Below, piece by piece: positions 52,025 through 62,042 of a DNA stretch of 64,000 bases. The stretch is from Dehalococcoidia bacterium (GTDB taxonomy: Bacteria > Chloroflexota > Dehalococcoidia > Plut-88900). Where the stretch lies: assembly GCA_965207225.1 (NCBI GenBank), contig CBDBLV010000001.1, forward strand, positions 64,001 through 128,000, written 5' to 3'. The notes beneath the pieces are model-generated. The model was given only the letters and a program-made list of their open reading frames with translations. It made no database searches and was not told the DNA's origin. Numbering within the stretch: position 1 is the first letter of the stretch; the number at the start of each line of letters is the position of its first letter. The translations under genes were made by a program, and so were the position numbers.

Positions 52025-52795
52025 ATGCCCAGACCCGTCCCCCGACTCACGGGCCTGTCTCTTATTCCCGCCTTGGTTTTCCTCCTGTTCTTCCTTGCAG
52101 CCTGCGGGTCCGTGTCAATAGAATTCGAGACCACAACCTCTACCCCTGCCCCCGACCCCACCCCCACGCCTGCCCCGGCTCCCACAGCTACAGTTGCACC
52201 TGTTGACACCCCCACCCCTTCCCCTCCCCCCGCCGACGATCCTCCGGGCCTCGGAAACTACGAAGGGTTCACCTACCACGTCGGCGTCGGTTCCGAGGCC
52301 ACCTTCACCGTCGAGGAAAAGCTTGCCAGCCTCCCCCTCCCAAACGACGCCGTAGTCCGCACCACCGCACTCTCCGGGGAGGTTCATTTCGACGGTCGGG
52401 CCTCCGTCATCGAAATTGACCTCCACAAGATGGAGAGCGACCAGCCCCGACGTGACCGCTATATCCGCGAGCGCATGTTCCCCAACGACCCCGTCGCCAT
52501 CTTTAGCCTCCCCACCACCCTCCCCCTCCCCGACGGCTTCTCTGACGGCGAGGAAATCACCACGGAGATTACCGGCCAGTTGGAGATTCGGGGCGTGAAG
52601 GCTCCCGTCACCTTCCAGATCGAGGCCCGGGACGATGGCGATGTAGTCCACATCCTTGGCCGCACCTCCTTCGTCTGGTCCGACTTCGATATCCCCGTCC
52701 CCAACGTCGGTACATTCGTCCGCGTTACCGACGAAGTATCCGTCGAGATTCTCCTCGCCGCCCGCCCCGCCGACCTCTGGGAGGACCACTCGTGA
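52025..52795 (+). CDS. YceI-family lipoprotein (copy 1)
   Basis: Lipobox LAAC, SEATFTVEEKL, SDQPRRD, GQLEIRGV..PVTF; GGAGG RBS. Confidence 0.85.
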   Translation: MPRPVPRLTGLSLIPALVFLLFFLAACGSVSIEFETTTSTPAPDPTPTPAPAPTATVAPVDTPTPSPPPADDPPGLGNYEGFTYHVGVGSEATFTVEEKLASLPLPNDAVVRTTALSGEVHFDGRASVIEIDLHKMESDQPRRDRYIRERMFPNDPVAIFSLPTTLPLPDGFSDGEEITTEITGQLEIRGVKAPVTFQIEARDDGDVVHILGRTSFVWSDFDIPVPNVGTFVRVTDEVSVEILLAARPADLWEDHS

Positions 52796-52905
52796 AATTC
52801 GGCCTCTTCATAAACGCTCACCACCCGCCCGGCGAGTCCGTCTCCCTCCCAGGTCGGGTCTTGTACAACCCGAGTCCTCCCTGTACCTTGACTACATACA
52901 ACGTG
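52792..52905 (+). pseudogene. Duplication-junction relic: LLM gene 5' fragment joined to a membrane-gene 3' fragment
   Basis: VKFGLFINAHHPPGESVSL versus MKFGLFINAQHPPGESVAL (53672); LPPRSGLVQPESSLYL versus LPPKTRLVQPAPDLYL (end of the 51499 gene). Confidence 0.8.
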
Positions 52906-52919
52906 AAAGGAGGTCACTG

Positions 52920-53657
52920 ATGCCGAGATTCGCCCCGCGGCTCGCGGGCTCTTCCCTGGTCCCGGCTGTCATCCTCCTCCTGCTCTTTGCCGCCTGTGGC
53001 TCGGTCGAAATAGACATTGAACGCACCACATCCACCCCCGGACCTGACCCCACTCCTACCTCGGCTCCCGCACCGGCCAAAACTCCCGCTGCAAGCACAG
53101 AGCGGGATGACTCCCAGGCGCCTACCCGAGGCTCCTATAAGGGCCTCACGTACGTCGTGGGCGAAGGCTCGAAGGCCACTTTCACCGTGGAAGAAAAGCT
53201 TGCCAGCTTGCCCCTGCCCAACGATGCAGTGGTACACACTACCGCTCTCTCGGGGGACGTCAACCTCGACGGCCGACGCTCCCTTATCAAGATTGACCTT
53301 CACAAGCTGGAAAGTGACCAGTCCCGCCGGGACCGCTACATACGCGAAAGGATGTTCCCCAACGACCCCATAGCCGTCTTCACCCTGCCAACTTCCCTAC
53401 CCCTCCCCAAGGGCTTCGCAGAGGGCGAGGAAGTCACCACAGAAATTACCGGAGAGCTCGAAATTAAGGGCGTAACTGCTCCCGTCACCTTCCAGATCGA
53501 GGCACGGGATGACGGCGACGTGATCTACATCATTGGGCGGACCTCTTTCGTTTGGGAGGATTTCGGGATGACCGCGCCCCGGGTGGACAGCTTCGTTCAG
53601 GTTACCGACGAGGTCACCGTTGAAATACTGATCGCGGCCAGGCCTTACTGGGGTTGA
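52920..53657 (+). CDS. YceI-family lipoprotein (copy 2)
   Basis: Close paralog of 52025-52795 (ATFTVEEKLASLPLPNDAVV identical); AGGAGG RBS. Confidence 0.85.
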   Translation: MPRFAPRLAGSSLVPAVILLLLFAACGSVEIDIERTTSTPGPDPTPTSAPAPAKTPAASTERDDSQAPTRGSYKGLTYVVGEGSKATFTVEEKLASLPLPNDAVVHTTALSGDVNLDGRRSLIKIDLHKLESDQSRRDRYIRERMFPNDPIAVFTLPTSLPLPKGFAEGEEVTTEITGELEIKGVTAPVTFQIEARDDGDVIYIIGRTSFVWEDFGMTAPRVDSFVQVTDEVTVEILIAARPYWG

Positions 53658-53671
53658 AGAAAGGACCGGGA

Positions 53672-54676
53672 ATGAAATTCGGCCTCTTCATCAACGCCCA
53701 GCACCCTCCCGGTGAGTCCGTTGCCCTCCGCCTCGCCGACGCCGTGGACCAGGTCCGCCTCGCCCGTGACGTCGGCTTCGATATGATCTGTGCCGGACAG
53801 CACTACCTCTCTCACCCCTACCAGATGAGCGCCATCATCCCCCTCCTCGCCCGCCTCACGGCGGAGGCCGAAGGCATGGAGATTGCGCCTACCGTCCTCC
53901 TCCTCCCCCTCCTCAACCCAGTGGACATCGCCGAAACCTCCGCCACCCTCGACGCCATGTCCGGTGGCCGCTTCATTCTCGGTGTGGGCATCGGCTACCG
54001 GGACGAGGAATACACCGCCTTCGGTGTCAAACGCTCAGAGCGCATCGGACGCCTCAACGAAGCCCTCGAAATCATCCGTCTCCTCTGGACTCAGGATGAA
54101 GTCGAATACCAAGGCAAGTATTACCAGGTCCCGAGAGTGAAGGTCGCCACCCATCCTGTGCAGAAGCCCCACCCTCCCATCTGGGTCGCCGCCAACGGGC
54201 CTCCGGCCATCGCCCGAGCCGCCCGCTGGGGCTATCCCTGGGTCATAAACCCCCACGCCACCATCGGCATGATCAAGGACCAGCTCGACTACTACCGACA
54301 AGTTGCTGCAGAAGCCGGCCAACGAGTCCCGGAAAGAATGCCCATGATGCGGGAGCTATACGTCGCCCCCGACTCCGCTGCCGCCTACTCCGAAAGCCGT
54401 CCCTACTTGGAAAGCAAGTACGCTGCCTACGCCTCCTGGGGCCAGGACAAGGCCCTCCCCGAAGGCGAGTCCTTTTCCGTTCCCTTCGACGAGCTCGCCC
54501 GGGACCGCTTCCTCATCGGCAACCCCGAGGAAGTGGTCAACGAAATCTGCCGCTACCGCGACGAACTCGGCGTCAACCACCTCAACTTCCGTCTCCAGTG
54601 GCCCGGCACACCCCACGCCAACGCCATGCGCCAACTGGAGCTGCTGGGCAAAGAAGTACTGCCCCATTTCCGCTAG
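53672..54676 (+). CDS. LLM-class flavin-dependent oxidoreductase
   Basis: MKFGLF, GQHY, TLDAMSGGRFILGVGIGYR, PVQKPHPPIWVA. Confidence 0.92.
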   Translation: MKFGLFINAQHPPGESVALRLADAVDQVRLARDVGFDMICAGQHYLSHPYQMSAIIPLLARLTAEAEGMEIAPTVLLLPLLNPVDIAETSATLDAMSGGRFILGVGIGYRDEEYTAFGVKRSERIGRLNEALEIIRLLWTQDEVEYQGKYYQVPRVKVATHPVQKPHPPIWVAANGPPAIARAARWGYPWVINPHATIGMIKDQLDYYRQVAAEAGQRVPERMPMMRELYVAPDSAAAYSESRPYLESKYAAYASWGQDKALPEGESFSVPFDELARDRFLIGNPEEVVNEICRYRDELGVNHLNFRLQWPGTPHANAMRQLELLGKEVLPHFR

Positions 54677-54694
54677 TCTTCAAGGAGGACTCAA

Positions 54695-55153
54695 ATGGCC
54701 CTGGCCAACAAGATAAACCCATTCCTCTGGTTAGATGGAAGGGCCAAAGAAGCAGCCAACTTTTACGTCTCCATCTTCAAAGATGCGAATATCCTTAACG
54801 TCTCCCAGCTAGAGGCAGGCCCCGCCGAAGGAAACCATTTCGTTGAATTCGAACTGGAGGGACTCAAGTTTGCCGCTGTCGATGCCCTGCCCGCATTCGA
54901 CTTCACCCCCGCCATCTCCTTCGTGGTCTCTTGCGACACCCAGGAAGAGATCGACCATTTCTGGGAGTCGCTTTCCGAGGGAGGCGAGAAGGAACAATGC
55001 GGCTGGCTGAAGGACAAGTTCGGCATCTCCTGGCAGATAGTTCCTTCCCTCATGCCCAAACTCATGGCAAAGGCCCAGAAGGAAGTGATCGAAGTCCTCC
55101 TCCCGATGAAGAAAATCGAAATAGCCAAGCTACGTGAAGCCGCAGGGTTGTAG
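54695..55153 (+). CDS. VOC/PhnB-like protein
   Basis: INPFLW...AANFY.SIF, FTPAISF, CGWLKDKFGISWQIVP. Confidence 0.9.
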   Translation: MALANKINPFLWLDGRAKEAANFYVSIFKDANILNVSQLEAGPAEGNHFVEFELEGLKFAAVDALPAFDFTPAISFVVSCDTQEEIDHFWESLSEGGEKEQCGWLKDKFGISWQIVPSLMPKLMAKAQKEVIEVLLPMKKIEIAKLREAAGL

Positions 55154-55159
55154 ACAAAA

Positions 55160-56107
55160 ATGACCAACCTGCTCATCAGAGACCGCACCGCCGTCGGCAT
55201 AGCCGTCCCCCAGATGTTCCCCCCAGGCCCCACCGACCTCGGCCTCATCAAGGACCACCTGACCCTCGTCGAAGAACTCGGTTACGAAAGCGTCTGGACC
55301 CAGCACGGCGTATTCGCCACTGCGCCCAACCTCGATCCCTTCACCCTCCTCTCTTACGCCGCCTCCTACACCAACTCCATCAAGCTTGGCATATCCGTAG
55401 TCGTCCTCCCCTACCACGATCCCGTGAACGTGGCCAAGCTGTCCGCCAGCGTCGACCAGATATCCGGCGGCCGCTTCATCCTGGGTGTCGGCATCGGCGG
55501 CGATGGGGAGGCCTACCCCGCCTTCGGGTTTGACGAATCCCACAGAGTCACCCGATTCGAAGACGCCATAACCCTGATCCGCCGCCTCTGGTCCGAGCCT
55601 TCCGTCGATTTCGAAAACCAATTCTGGAAACTGGATAACATCTCCGTAAATCCCAAACCCGTGCAGAAGCCAGGCATCCCTATCCTATTCGGCGCATCCG
55701 CCCCCTCCGCCGTCGAGCGCGCCGCCAGGATGGGCGACGGCTTCATGGGTGCCGGCGCAGCCAATGCATCTGACATCGCCGCCTTCAGAAAAGTTCTCGT
55801 CAACCTCCGCAATGCCCTCCAAAAACACGGCCGGGACCCGAGCGCCTACCCCATCTCTAAACGCGTTTACCTCGCCATAGATAACGACAGGGAATCGGCG
55901 GAGCGCAAGATCCAGGAGTGGTTCGTTGACCACTACCACAGTGCCGAACTCGGCATGACCGTCTCCCTCATCGGCTCCGTTGATGAGATCGTGGACAAGC
56001 TCGGCCCTCTGGTCGACGAAGGCCTGGACATGATTATGTTCAACCCCGTCTACAACCTCATCGAGCACGCCCAGGTCATTGCCGAACGCGTCGTCCCCCA
56101 GCTCTAA
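55160..56107 (+). CDS. LLM-class flavin-dependent oxidoreductase
   Basis: EELGYESVW, SVDQISGGRFILGVGIG, PKPVQKP, RAARMGDG. Confidence 0.92.
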   Translation: MTNLLIRDRTAVGIAVPQMFPPGPTDLGLIKDHLTLVEELGYESVWTQHGVFATAPNLDPFTLLSYAASYTNSIKLGISVVVLPYHDPVNVAKLSASVDQISGGRFILGVGIGGDGEAYPAFGFDESHRVTRFEDAITLIRRLWSEPSVDFENQFWKLDNISVNPKPVQKPGIPILFGASAPSAVERAARMGDGFMGAGAANASDIAAFRKVLVNLRNALQKHGRDPSAYPISKRVYLAIDNDRESAERKIQEWFVDHYHSAELGMTVSLIGSVDEIVDKLGPLVDEGLDMIMFNPVYNLIEHAQVIAERVVPQL

Positions 56108-56292
56108 CCTCCCGTCATTCCGGCCCCTGATCCATAGTCCATCCCTGGTGTGGGTGTTCCGTTCGCCCTGAGCTGAGTCGAAGGGTCAACCGAACGGAAC
56201 GGGGCAGAGGTTCCCCTCCACGTGCAGGAAACCCCAATGCCTGCTATCATCTACCCCGCTTTACTCACGACCACCCTCAGGAGACCCCTGCC

Positions 56293-57783
56293 ATGCAGAC
56301 CCTTGCCCAGTTGCTTGACTCCGGCGCCCCGGAAAAAGCTGCCATCGTCGTCCCCGGCGGCCCGACCCTCACCTACGCCGGGCTCCATGACCAGGTCGAG
56401 CATTTGGCTTCTGCACTGTCCAACGCGGGCCTTGCCCGAGGCCAGGCCGCATCCATAGTCCTCGGCAACGACATCCGGTTCGTAACCACCTTCCTCGCCG
56501 TGGCCCGACTCGGCGCCGTTGCCGCCCCCCTCAACCCCAACTACACCGAGGACGAGTACCGCTTCTACATGGAAGACGCCGGCGCTTCCCTCGCCGTTCT
56601 CCCCCCCGAAGACCACCCCGCCCGTGCCGCCGCCCAGGGACTTGGACTCCCGTGTATTGAGGCCCTGGACTCGGGCGACGGGACCGTCCGCCTTGAAAAA
56701 GAAGGCGTAGCCCTCCAGGCCGAGGGCCAGCCCGATGGCCCCACCCCCGACGATATAGCCCTCTTCCTCCATACCAGCGGTACCACCAGCCACCCCAAAG
56801 GCGTTCCCCTCAGCCACGCTAACCTCGCCGCCTCACTGGACAACATCGTCGGCACCTACGGTCTCTCCGAAGAGGACAACGCCCTGATGATTATGCCCCT
56901 CTTCCACGTCCACGGCCTCATTGGCGTCCTCTTTTCCACCCTTGCCAGCGGCGGCACGAATATTGTTCCCAGCCGCTTCAGCGCCAGCAACTTCTGGCCC
57001 GTAGCTCGAGACCACGCCGCCACCTGGTTCTCCGGCGTCCCGACCATGCACCAGATCCTCCTCACCCGCGCCGACAGCGACAACGCCCCCCGGGGCACGT
57101 TCCGCTTCATGCGCTCCTGCAGCGCCGCCCTCGCCCCGACCGTAATCGAAGGCCTCGAGGCCCGTTTCGACTCCCCCGTCCTTGAGGCCTACGGCATGAC
57201 CGAGGCCTCCCACCAGATGTCCTCCAACCCCCTGCCACCGGGAGAGCGATTCGCCGGGACTGTGGGCAAGGGCACCGGCGTGCAGATTGCCATTATGGAC
57301 GAGGCCGGCGCCAAACTCCCGGACGGCGAGCGTGGCGAGGTCGTCATCAAGGGCCCCAACGTCATGGGCGGCTACCGCAACAACCCCGAGGCCAACGCCT
57401 CCTCCTTCACCGATGGCTGGTTCCGCACCGGCGACCAGGGCTTCATCGACACCCTCGGCTACCTCAGCATCACCGGCCGACTTAAGGAACTGATAAACCG
57501 CGGCGGCGAGAAAATCTCACCCCTGGAGGTCGACGCCGTCCTCGCCCAGCACCCTGCCGTCCAGGATGCCATCTGCTTCGGTGTGCCCGACGTCAAGTAC
57601 GGCGAAGAGGTGCACGCCGCCGTCGTCCTGAGCGCTGACGCCTCCCAGGAAGACATCCAGTCCTTCTGCCAGAAGCACCTCATCGACTTCAAAGTCCCCA
57701 AGACCGTCCACATCGTCGACTCCCTCCCCCGCACCGCCACCGGCAAAATCCAGCGCAGAAACGTCGCCGCCCAGTTCAGCTAG
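56293..57783 (+). CDS. Acyl-CoA synthetase, oxalate--CoA ligase-like
   Basis: LHTSGTTSHPK, PLFHVHGL, RSCSAAL, EAYGMTEASHQMSSNP, FRTGDQG, PRTATGKIQR. Confidence 0.88.
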   Translation: MQTLAQLLDSGAPEKAAIVVPGGPTLTYAGLHDQVEHLASALSNAGLARGQAASIVLGNDIRFVTTFLAVARLGAVAAPLNPNYTEDEYRFYMEDAGASLAVLPPEDHPARAAAQGLGLPCIEALDSGDGTVRLEKEGVALQAEGQPDGPTPDDIALFLHTSGTTSHPKGVPLSHANLAASLDNIVGTYGLSEEDNALMIMPLFHVHGLIGVLFSTLASGGTNIVPSRFSASNFWPVARDHAATWFSGVPTMHQILLTRADSDNAPRGTFRFMRSCSAALAPTVIEGLEARFDSPVLEAYGMTEASHQMSSNPLPPGERFAGTVGKGTGVQIAIMDEAGAKLPDGERGEVVIKGPNVMGGYRNNPEANASSFTDGWFRTGDQGFIDTLGYLSITGRLKELINRGGEKISPLEVDAVLAQHPAVQDAICFGVPDVKYGEEVHAAVVLSADASQEDIQSFCQKHLIDFKVPKTVHIVDSLPRTATGKIQRRNVAAQFS

Positions 57784-57795
57784 GACGCCATTACC

Positions 57796-57984
57796 ATGCA
57801 GCAAAACTATCGCCCCTGGTCCCGAGTCTTCACTCTCGCAGTAGCCGTCACCCTGCTTATAATCATCGCCACAGCCATCATCAACCCCCTCTTCGACCGC
57901 GTGGTCAATTGGGGAATGCTCGCCGTCGTTTCCCTGCTGATTTTCGGTGTCCTGGTCGTCGCATTCCGCCGCCGCTGGTTCTAG
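57796..57984 (+). CDS. Small two-TM membrane protein
   Basis: Two hydrophobic helices, basic C-terminus, 12 bp after the ligase stop. Confidence 0.6.
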   Translation: MQQNYRPWSRVFTLAVAVTLLIIIATAIINPLFDRVVNWGMLAVVSLLIFGVLVVAFRRRWF

Positions 57985-58369
57985 CAGCTGTGCCATCCGA
58001 CCCTTGCGCCCCGACGCCATCCCCCCATATCCTGTCCCCAATGACACCCCCGCAACACACCTATGCCGTCATTCCTGCGGAGGCAGGAATCCATCCCGGG
58101 CCGCAACACACGTACCAACTTGGCAACCCACCCCCTCCCCGGTGTGGGGCCACTCGTCCTGAGCGGAGTCGAAGGGTCTCAAGAGCGGAAAGGTCGCGGT
58201 GCCCCGTACCCCTAGCTCTCGCAGTTATGCAAATCCCACCCGGAGGAAAGAGGGCCGGAGTCTACCCCATCCCCGCCCCCAACAAGAATCTCTCCCTTAA
58301 ACAATCAAACCCGTGCCTGAAATGGCAAATCAATCAAACCTGCACCCCTCCCTCCGAAAGGAGCCGTAA

Positions 58370-59194
58370 ATGGAGCTAGCCCCCGGCCTTCACTCCCTCC
58401 ACGTCGACATCGAAGGGTCCTTTTTCTTCCGTAACTACCCGCCCAACGCCTACCTTCTCACCCACGGTGAAGGCGCCCTCATCGACACCGGAAACGGCGA
58501 TGATCACTCCATCAGCAGCCGCCTCGACCAACTCAAGGAACTCGGCAACCCCGACTTCCGATACATCATCCTCACCCACCCCCACCCCGACCACCTTGGC
58601 GGCGCCGAAAGGCTCAAGCAGCTCACCGGCGCCCGCCTCCTCATCCACGCCGATGACGCCAACACCGCCAACGAAGAGTTTGAAAACACCCGCATCGACG
58701 AAACCCTTAATGACGGCGACGTTATCGACCTCGGTGGCCTGGAACTCGAAATGGTCCACACCCCGGGCCACACCCACGGCCATACCTGCATCCTCAACCG
58801 TACCGACCGCTCCCTATTCACCGGCGACCACATCCTCGGCACCGGCACCACCGCCGTCAGCCCCGACCGCGGCGACATGGCCAGGTATATCGACTCCCTG
58901 CGCAAGCTCCAACCCCTGGACATAAGCGCCCTTTACCCGGGCCACGGCGCCCCCGTCAAACAGCCGCAGGCCAAGATTAAGGAACTCCTCGACCACCGCC
59001 TCGAGCGGGAACGCCAGATCATCGGCTTCCTCTCGGAGGGCCGAAGCACCGTCGACAGCCTCGTCAAGGCCATCTATCCTGAACTCGACCAGGACCTCCT
59101 CTCCGAGGCCCAGGGCCAGGTCAAAGTCCACCTCATCAAACTCATCAACGAGTCCAGAGTCCAGTCCCACGGAGACACCTACACCCTGGTCTAA
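58370..59194 (+). CDS. MBL-fold metallo-hydrolase (LACTB2-like)
   Basis: IDTG, THPHPDH, HTPGHT, FTGDHILG, PGHG. Confidence 0.92.
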   Translation: MELAPGLHSLHVDIEGSFFFRNYPPNAYLLTHGEGALIDTGNGDDHSISSRLDQLKELGNPDFRYIILTHPHPDHLGGAERLKQLTGARLLIHADDANTANEEFENTRIDETLNDGDVIDLGGLELEMVHTPGHTHGHTCILNRTDRSLFTGDHILGTGTTAVSPDRGDMARYIDSLRKLQPLDISALYPGHGAPVKQPQAKIKELLDHRLERERQIIGFLSEGRSTVDSLVKAIYPELDQDLLSEAQGQVKVHLIKLINESRVQSHGDTYTLV

Positions 59195-59215
59195 TCCCTA
59201 TCCCTCATACCTCCC

Positions 59216-59240
59216 GTAGGGGTGACCGGCGGGTCGCCCT
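59216..59240 (+). repeat. GTAG-type REP palindrome
   Basis: GTAGGGGTGACC-GGCG-GGTCGCCCT. Confidence 0.75.
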
Positions 59241-59282
59241 CCCCGGTACGGGCCCCTCTCACCCTAGGTATGGAACTCAGAA

Positions 59283-59304
59283 CATGACCATGGTCATGAC
59301 CATG
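59283..59304. promoter_or_regulatory. Probable TA autorepression operator
   Basis: Overlapping perfect palindromes CATGACCATGGTCATG (59283-59298) and CATGGTCATGACCATG (59289-59304). Confidence 0.6.
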
Positions 59305-59340
59305 TTATTATGTAGTCATCCTCTCATCGGGAACACCGCA

Positions 59341-59622
59341 ATGAACACACGAGATGACATAGCTACGGGTCTCAGGACCATTAAGGCCTCAGAGTTCAAG
59401 GCCAAGTGCCTCAAGCTCATGGACGAAGTTGCCGAGACCGGGCAGGACATCGTCATTACCAAGAACGGCCGCCCCGTCTCCCGACTTACACCCTACCGCA
59501 AGCCCCCCCACACCTTCTTCGGCGCAGACAAGGGCAAAATCAAAATCCTCGGCGATATCGTCTCCCCTATGCCGGCCGAGTGGTTCGAAGACCCCGAGGA
59601 ACGTGATCAGGACCTCTTTTGA
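59341..59622 (+). CDS. Phd/YefM-family antitoxin
   Basis: IKASEFKAKCLKLMDEV...IVITKNGRPVSRL. Confidence 0.9.
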   Translation: MNTRDDIATGLRTIKASEFKAKCLKLMDEVAETGQDIVITKNGRPVSRLTPYRKPPHTFFGADKGKIKILGDIVSPMPAEWFEDPEERDQDLF

Positions 59623-60017
59623 TACTCCTTGACACCCACGTCGTCATCTGGCTGCGTACGGGCGACCGAAGGCTGGGACGCCGGTCGCGGCGTGAAATCG
59701 AAGTGAGGCTGCAAGAGGGCAATGCTGCAATTTCTGCCATTTCCTTCTGGGAGGCCGGGATGCGAGCCCAAAAGGGTAGGCTCAACCTTGGACAGCATCT
59801 GGATTCGTGGAGAGAAGACGTCATCCAGAATGGCATCGTTGAAATTCCCGTCAATGGCGTTATAGCTGCTCGGGCAGCTCTCCTGACCGGAATGCACGGA
59901 GACCCTGCAGATCGCATCATCGTCGCCACCGCCCTCGAAGGCCACCGACTCCTCACCGCCGACGACCGCATCCTCCGCTGGTCAGGCCAGCTCAGCACCC
60001 TCGACGCCCGCACCTGA
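59619..60017 (+). CDS. vapC: VapC PIN-domain toxin
   Basis: LLDTHVVIW, SAISFWE, HGDPADRIIVATA, LLTAD; overlaps the antitoxin stop. Confidence 0.92.
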   Translation: MILLDTHVVIWLRTGDRRLGRRSRREIEVRLQEGNAAISAISFWEAGMRAQKGRLNLGQHLDSWREDVIQNGIVEIPVNGVIAARAALLTGMHGDPADRIIVATALEGHRLLTADDRILRWSGQLSTLDART

Positions 60018-60074
60018 CCCCCGTATCCGTGCCCTACCCATAGGGGCCCCTCGCCCCGTGTTATCATCCCCCCA

Positions 60075-61085
60075 ATGCAAGTTGGCAAGCTCCCTCCCGA
60101 CCTCCTCCACAAGCTCCTCTCCTCCTCCCCACCCACCGACCCCCGGGTCCTCATTGGCCCGGGCATCGGCGAGGACGCCGCCGTAATCTCCATGTCCGAC
60201 GACCGCGTCCTCGTTGCCAAGACCGACCCCATTACATTCGCCTCCAACGAAATCGGCTGGTACGCCGTCCACGTCAACGCCAATGACATCGCCGCCACGG
60301 GCGCCGAGCCGCGCTGGTTCCTCGCAACCCTCCTCGTCCCCGAGGATATGCCCCAGGCCCGGGTCGAAGACGCCTTCCGTCAGATCTCCAACGCCTGCGC
60401 CGACATCGGAGTCTCCCTCATCGGTGGCCACACCGAGATCACCTACGACATCAACCGGCCCATCGTCATGGGCGCCATGCTCGGCGAAGCCCACCCCTCC
60501 GACCTCACCCCCACCTCCGCCGCCCAGGTCGGAGACGCAGTCCTGCTGACCAAGGCCATCGCCATCGAGGGTTCCTCCGTCCTGGCCCGGGAGTCCGCCC
60601 CGCCCCTATTTGCCAGGGGCATTAGCGGAGATGCCGTTGAACAGGCCAGCGTCTTCCTCTACGACCCCGGCATCAGCGTCCTCAAGGACTCCCGTATCGC
60701 TCGGGCCGCGGCAAAAGTTCATGCAATGCACGACCCCACCGAGGGCGGCCTCGTAACTGGTCTTCGAGAGATCGGTTGGGCCTCCGGCACGGGTGTCCGC
60801 CTGGACCTCCCCTCCGTGCCCATCCTCCCCGACTCCCTCGCATTCTGCCGCGCCCTCTCTCTGGATCCCCTCGGCCTCCTCGCCTCCGGTGCCCTCCTCG
60901 TCACCCTCCCCCCCGAGAACGTCGCCTCCGTAGCCTCCGCCCTGGAAGCCGCTTGCATCCCCGTCACCCGCATTGGAGAAATCACGCCCCCGGAGGACGG
61001 CTTCGTTATGATCACCCCCGAAGGCGAACGCGAAATGCCTGACTTCCCCATCGACGAACTGGCCCGCTTCCTCTCATCCCAATGA
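60075..61085 (+). CDS. AIR synthase-related (HypE/ThiL-like) ATP-binding protein
   Basis: GKLP, GPGIGEDAAV, TDPIT, NANDIA, GGHTE, MHDPTEGG. Confidence 0.88.
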   Translation: MQVGKLPPDLLHKLLSSSPPTDPRVLIGPGIGEDAAVISMSDDRVLVAKTDPITFASNEIGWYAVHVNANDIAATGAEPRWFLATLLVPEDMPQARVEDAFRQISNACADIGVSLIGGHTEITYDINRPIVMGAMLGEAHPSDLTPTSAAQVGDAVLLTKAIAIEGSSVLARESAPPLFARGISGDAVEQASVFLYDPGISVLKDSRIARAAAKVHAMHDPTEGGLVTGLREIGWASGTGVRLDLPSVPILPDSLAFCRALSLDPLGLLASGALLVTLPPENVASVASALEAACIPVTRIGEITPPEDGFVMITPEGEREMPDFPIDELARFLSSQ

Positions 61086-61924
61086 CCTACAAACTCCTCG
61101 CCCTCGATATCGACGGCACCATCTACGAACGTATTACCGATACTTCCCTCACCGAGCGAACAAAGCGGGCCATCGCCCGTGTCATGGAGACCGGCGCGGG
61201 CGTTACCCTTGCCACTGGACGCACCTACAACTCCGCCCTCCATTTCAGCCGGGACCTGGGTCTCACCCTCCCCATCATCTGCTACCAGGGCTCCTTCACG
61301 TCCAACCCCGTCACGCATGAAATAGTCCGCGAGACCCCCGTCCCCCTACCCCTCGCCCATCGCCTCATACGCCTGCTCAAGGCCCAGGGACTGAACCCCT
61401 ATGTCTACGTCCGGGACCATTTCTACGTGCAGGAAATTACCGAGGCCGTCCGCCAATCGGAGAAATACCTCAAGATTAAGGCTGAACTCCTGACCGACCT
61501 CATCCGCGACGTAACCGAACCACCCACCAAGATAGTCGTCACCGGCGACGCCGAGGTCATCGGTGGTGTCCAGGCCTTGGTCGATTCCCACTTCAACGGC
61601 GACATCGCCGCCATGCACACCTACGACTACCTCTGCGAAATCGGCCACCCCGACGGCAGCAAGGGCGCAGCCCTCCAGCACCTCGCCGACTCCCTCGGCG
61701 TGAAGAGAGAGGAAGTCGTCGCCGTCGGCGACAGCCCCAACGACGTCGACATGATCCAGTGGGCGGGACTCGGCGTGGCCATGGGCAACGCCCCCGACAA
61801 GGTCAAGTCTTCTGCCGACCACGTCACCCTCCCCGCCTCCAACCACGGCGTAGCCCTCCTCCTCGAAACCCTCCTCTCCGAAAACCGCTTCACCCCCCTC
61901 CCCTTTCCCCGAGTACCAAACTAG
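61082..61924 (+). CDS. Cof-type HAD-IIB hydrolase
   Basis: ALDIDGT, LATGR, SKG, GDSPND, AMGNA. Confidence 0.92.
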   Translation: MTYKLLALDIDGTIYERITDTSLTERTKRAIARVMETGAGVTLATGRTYNSALHFSRDLGLTLPIICYQGSFTSNPVTHEIVRETPVPLPLAHRLIRLLKAQGLNPYVYVRDHFYVQEITEAVRQSEKYLKIKAELLTDLIRDVTEPPTKIVVTGDAEVIGGVQALVDSHFNGDIAAMHTYDYLCEIGHPDGSKGAALQHLADSLGVKREEVVAVGDSPNDVDMIQWAGLGVAMGNAPDKVKSSADHVTLPASNHGVALLLETLLSENRFTPLPFPRVPN

Positions 61925-62026
61925 AGGCAGACGCCTGCGGCTTGGCGCAGGCGTCTGCCTCTGTTTTTCCTCCCCCTCTCCCTTGAAGGTCCTAAGGGAG
62001 AGGGAGACCAAGGGGGTGAGGGTTCC
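61912..62026 (+). repeat. Dispersed double-hairpin repeat, copy e
   Basis: AGTACCAAACT + palindrome 61923-61962 + T-tract + second hairpin, between convergent genes. Confidence 0.85.
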
Positions 62027-62042
62027 CTGGGGCTGTGAGGGG

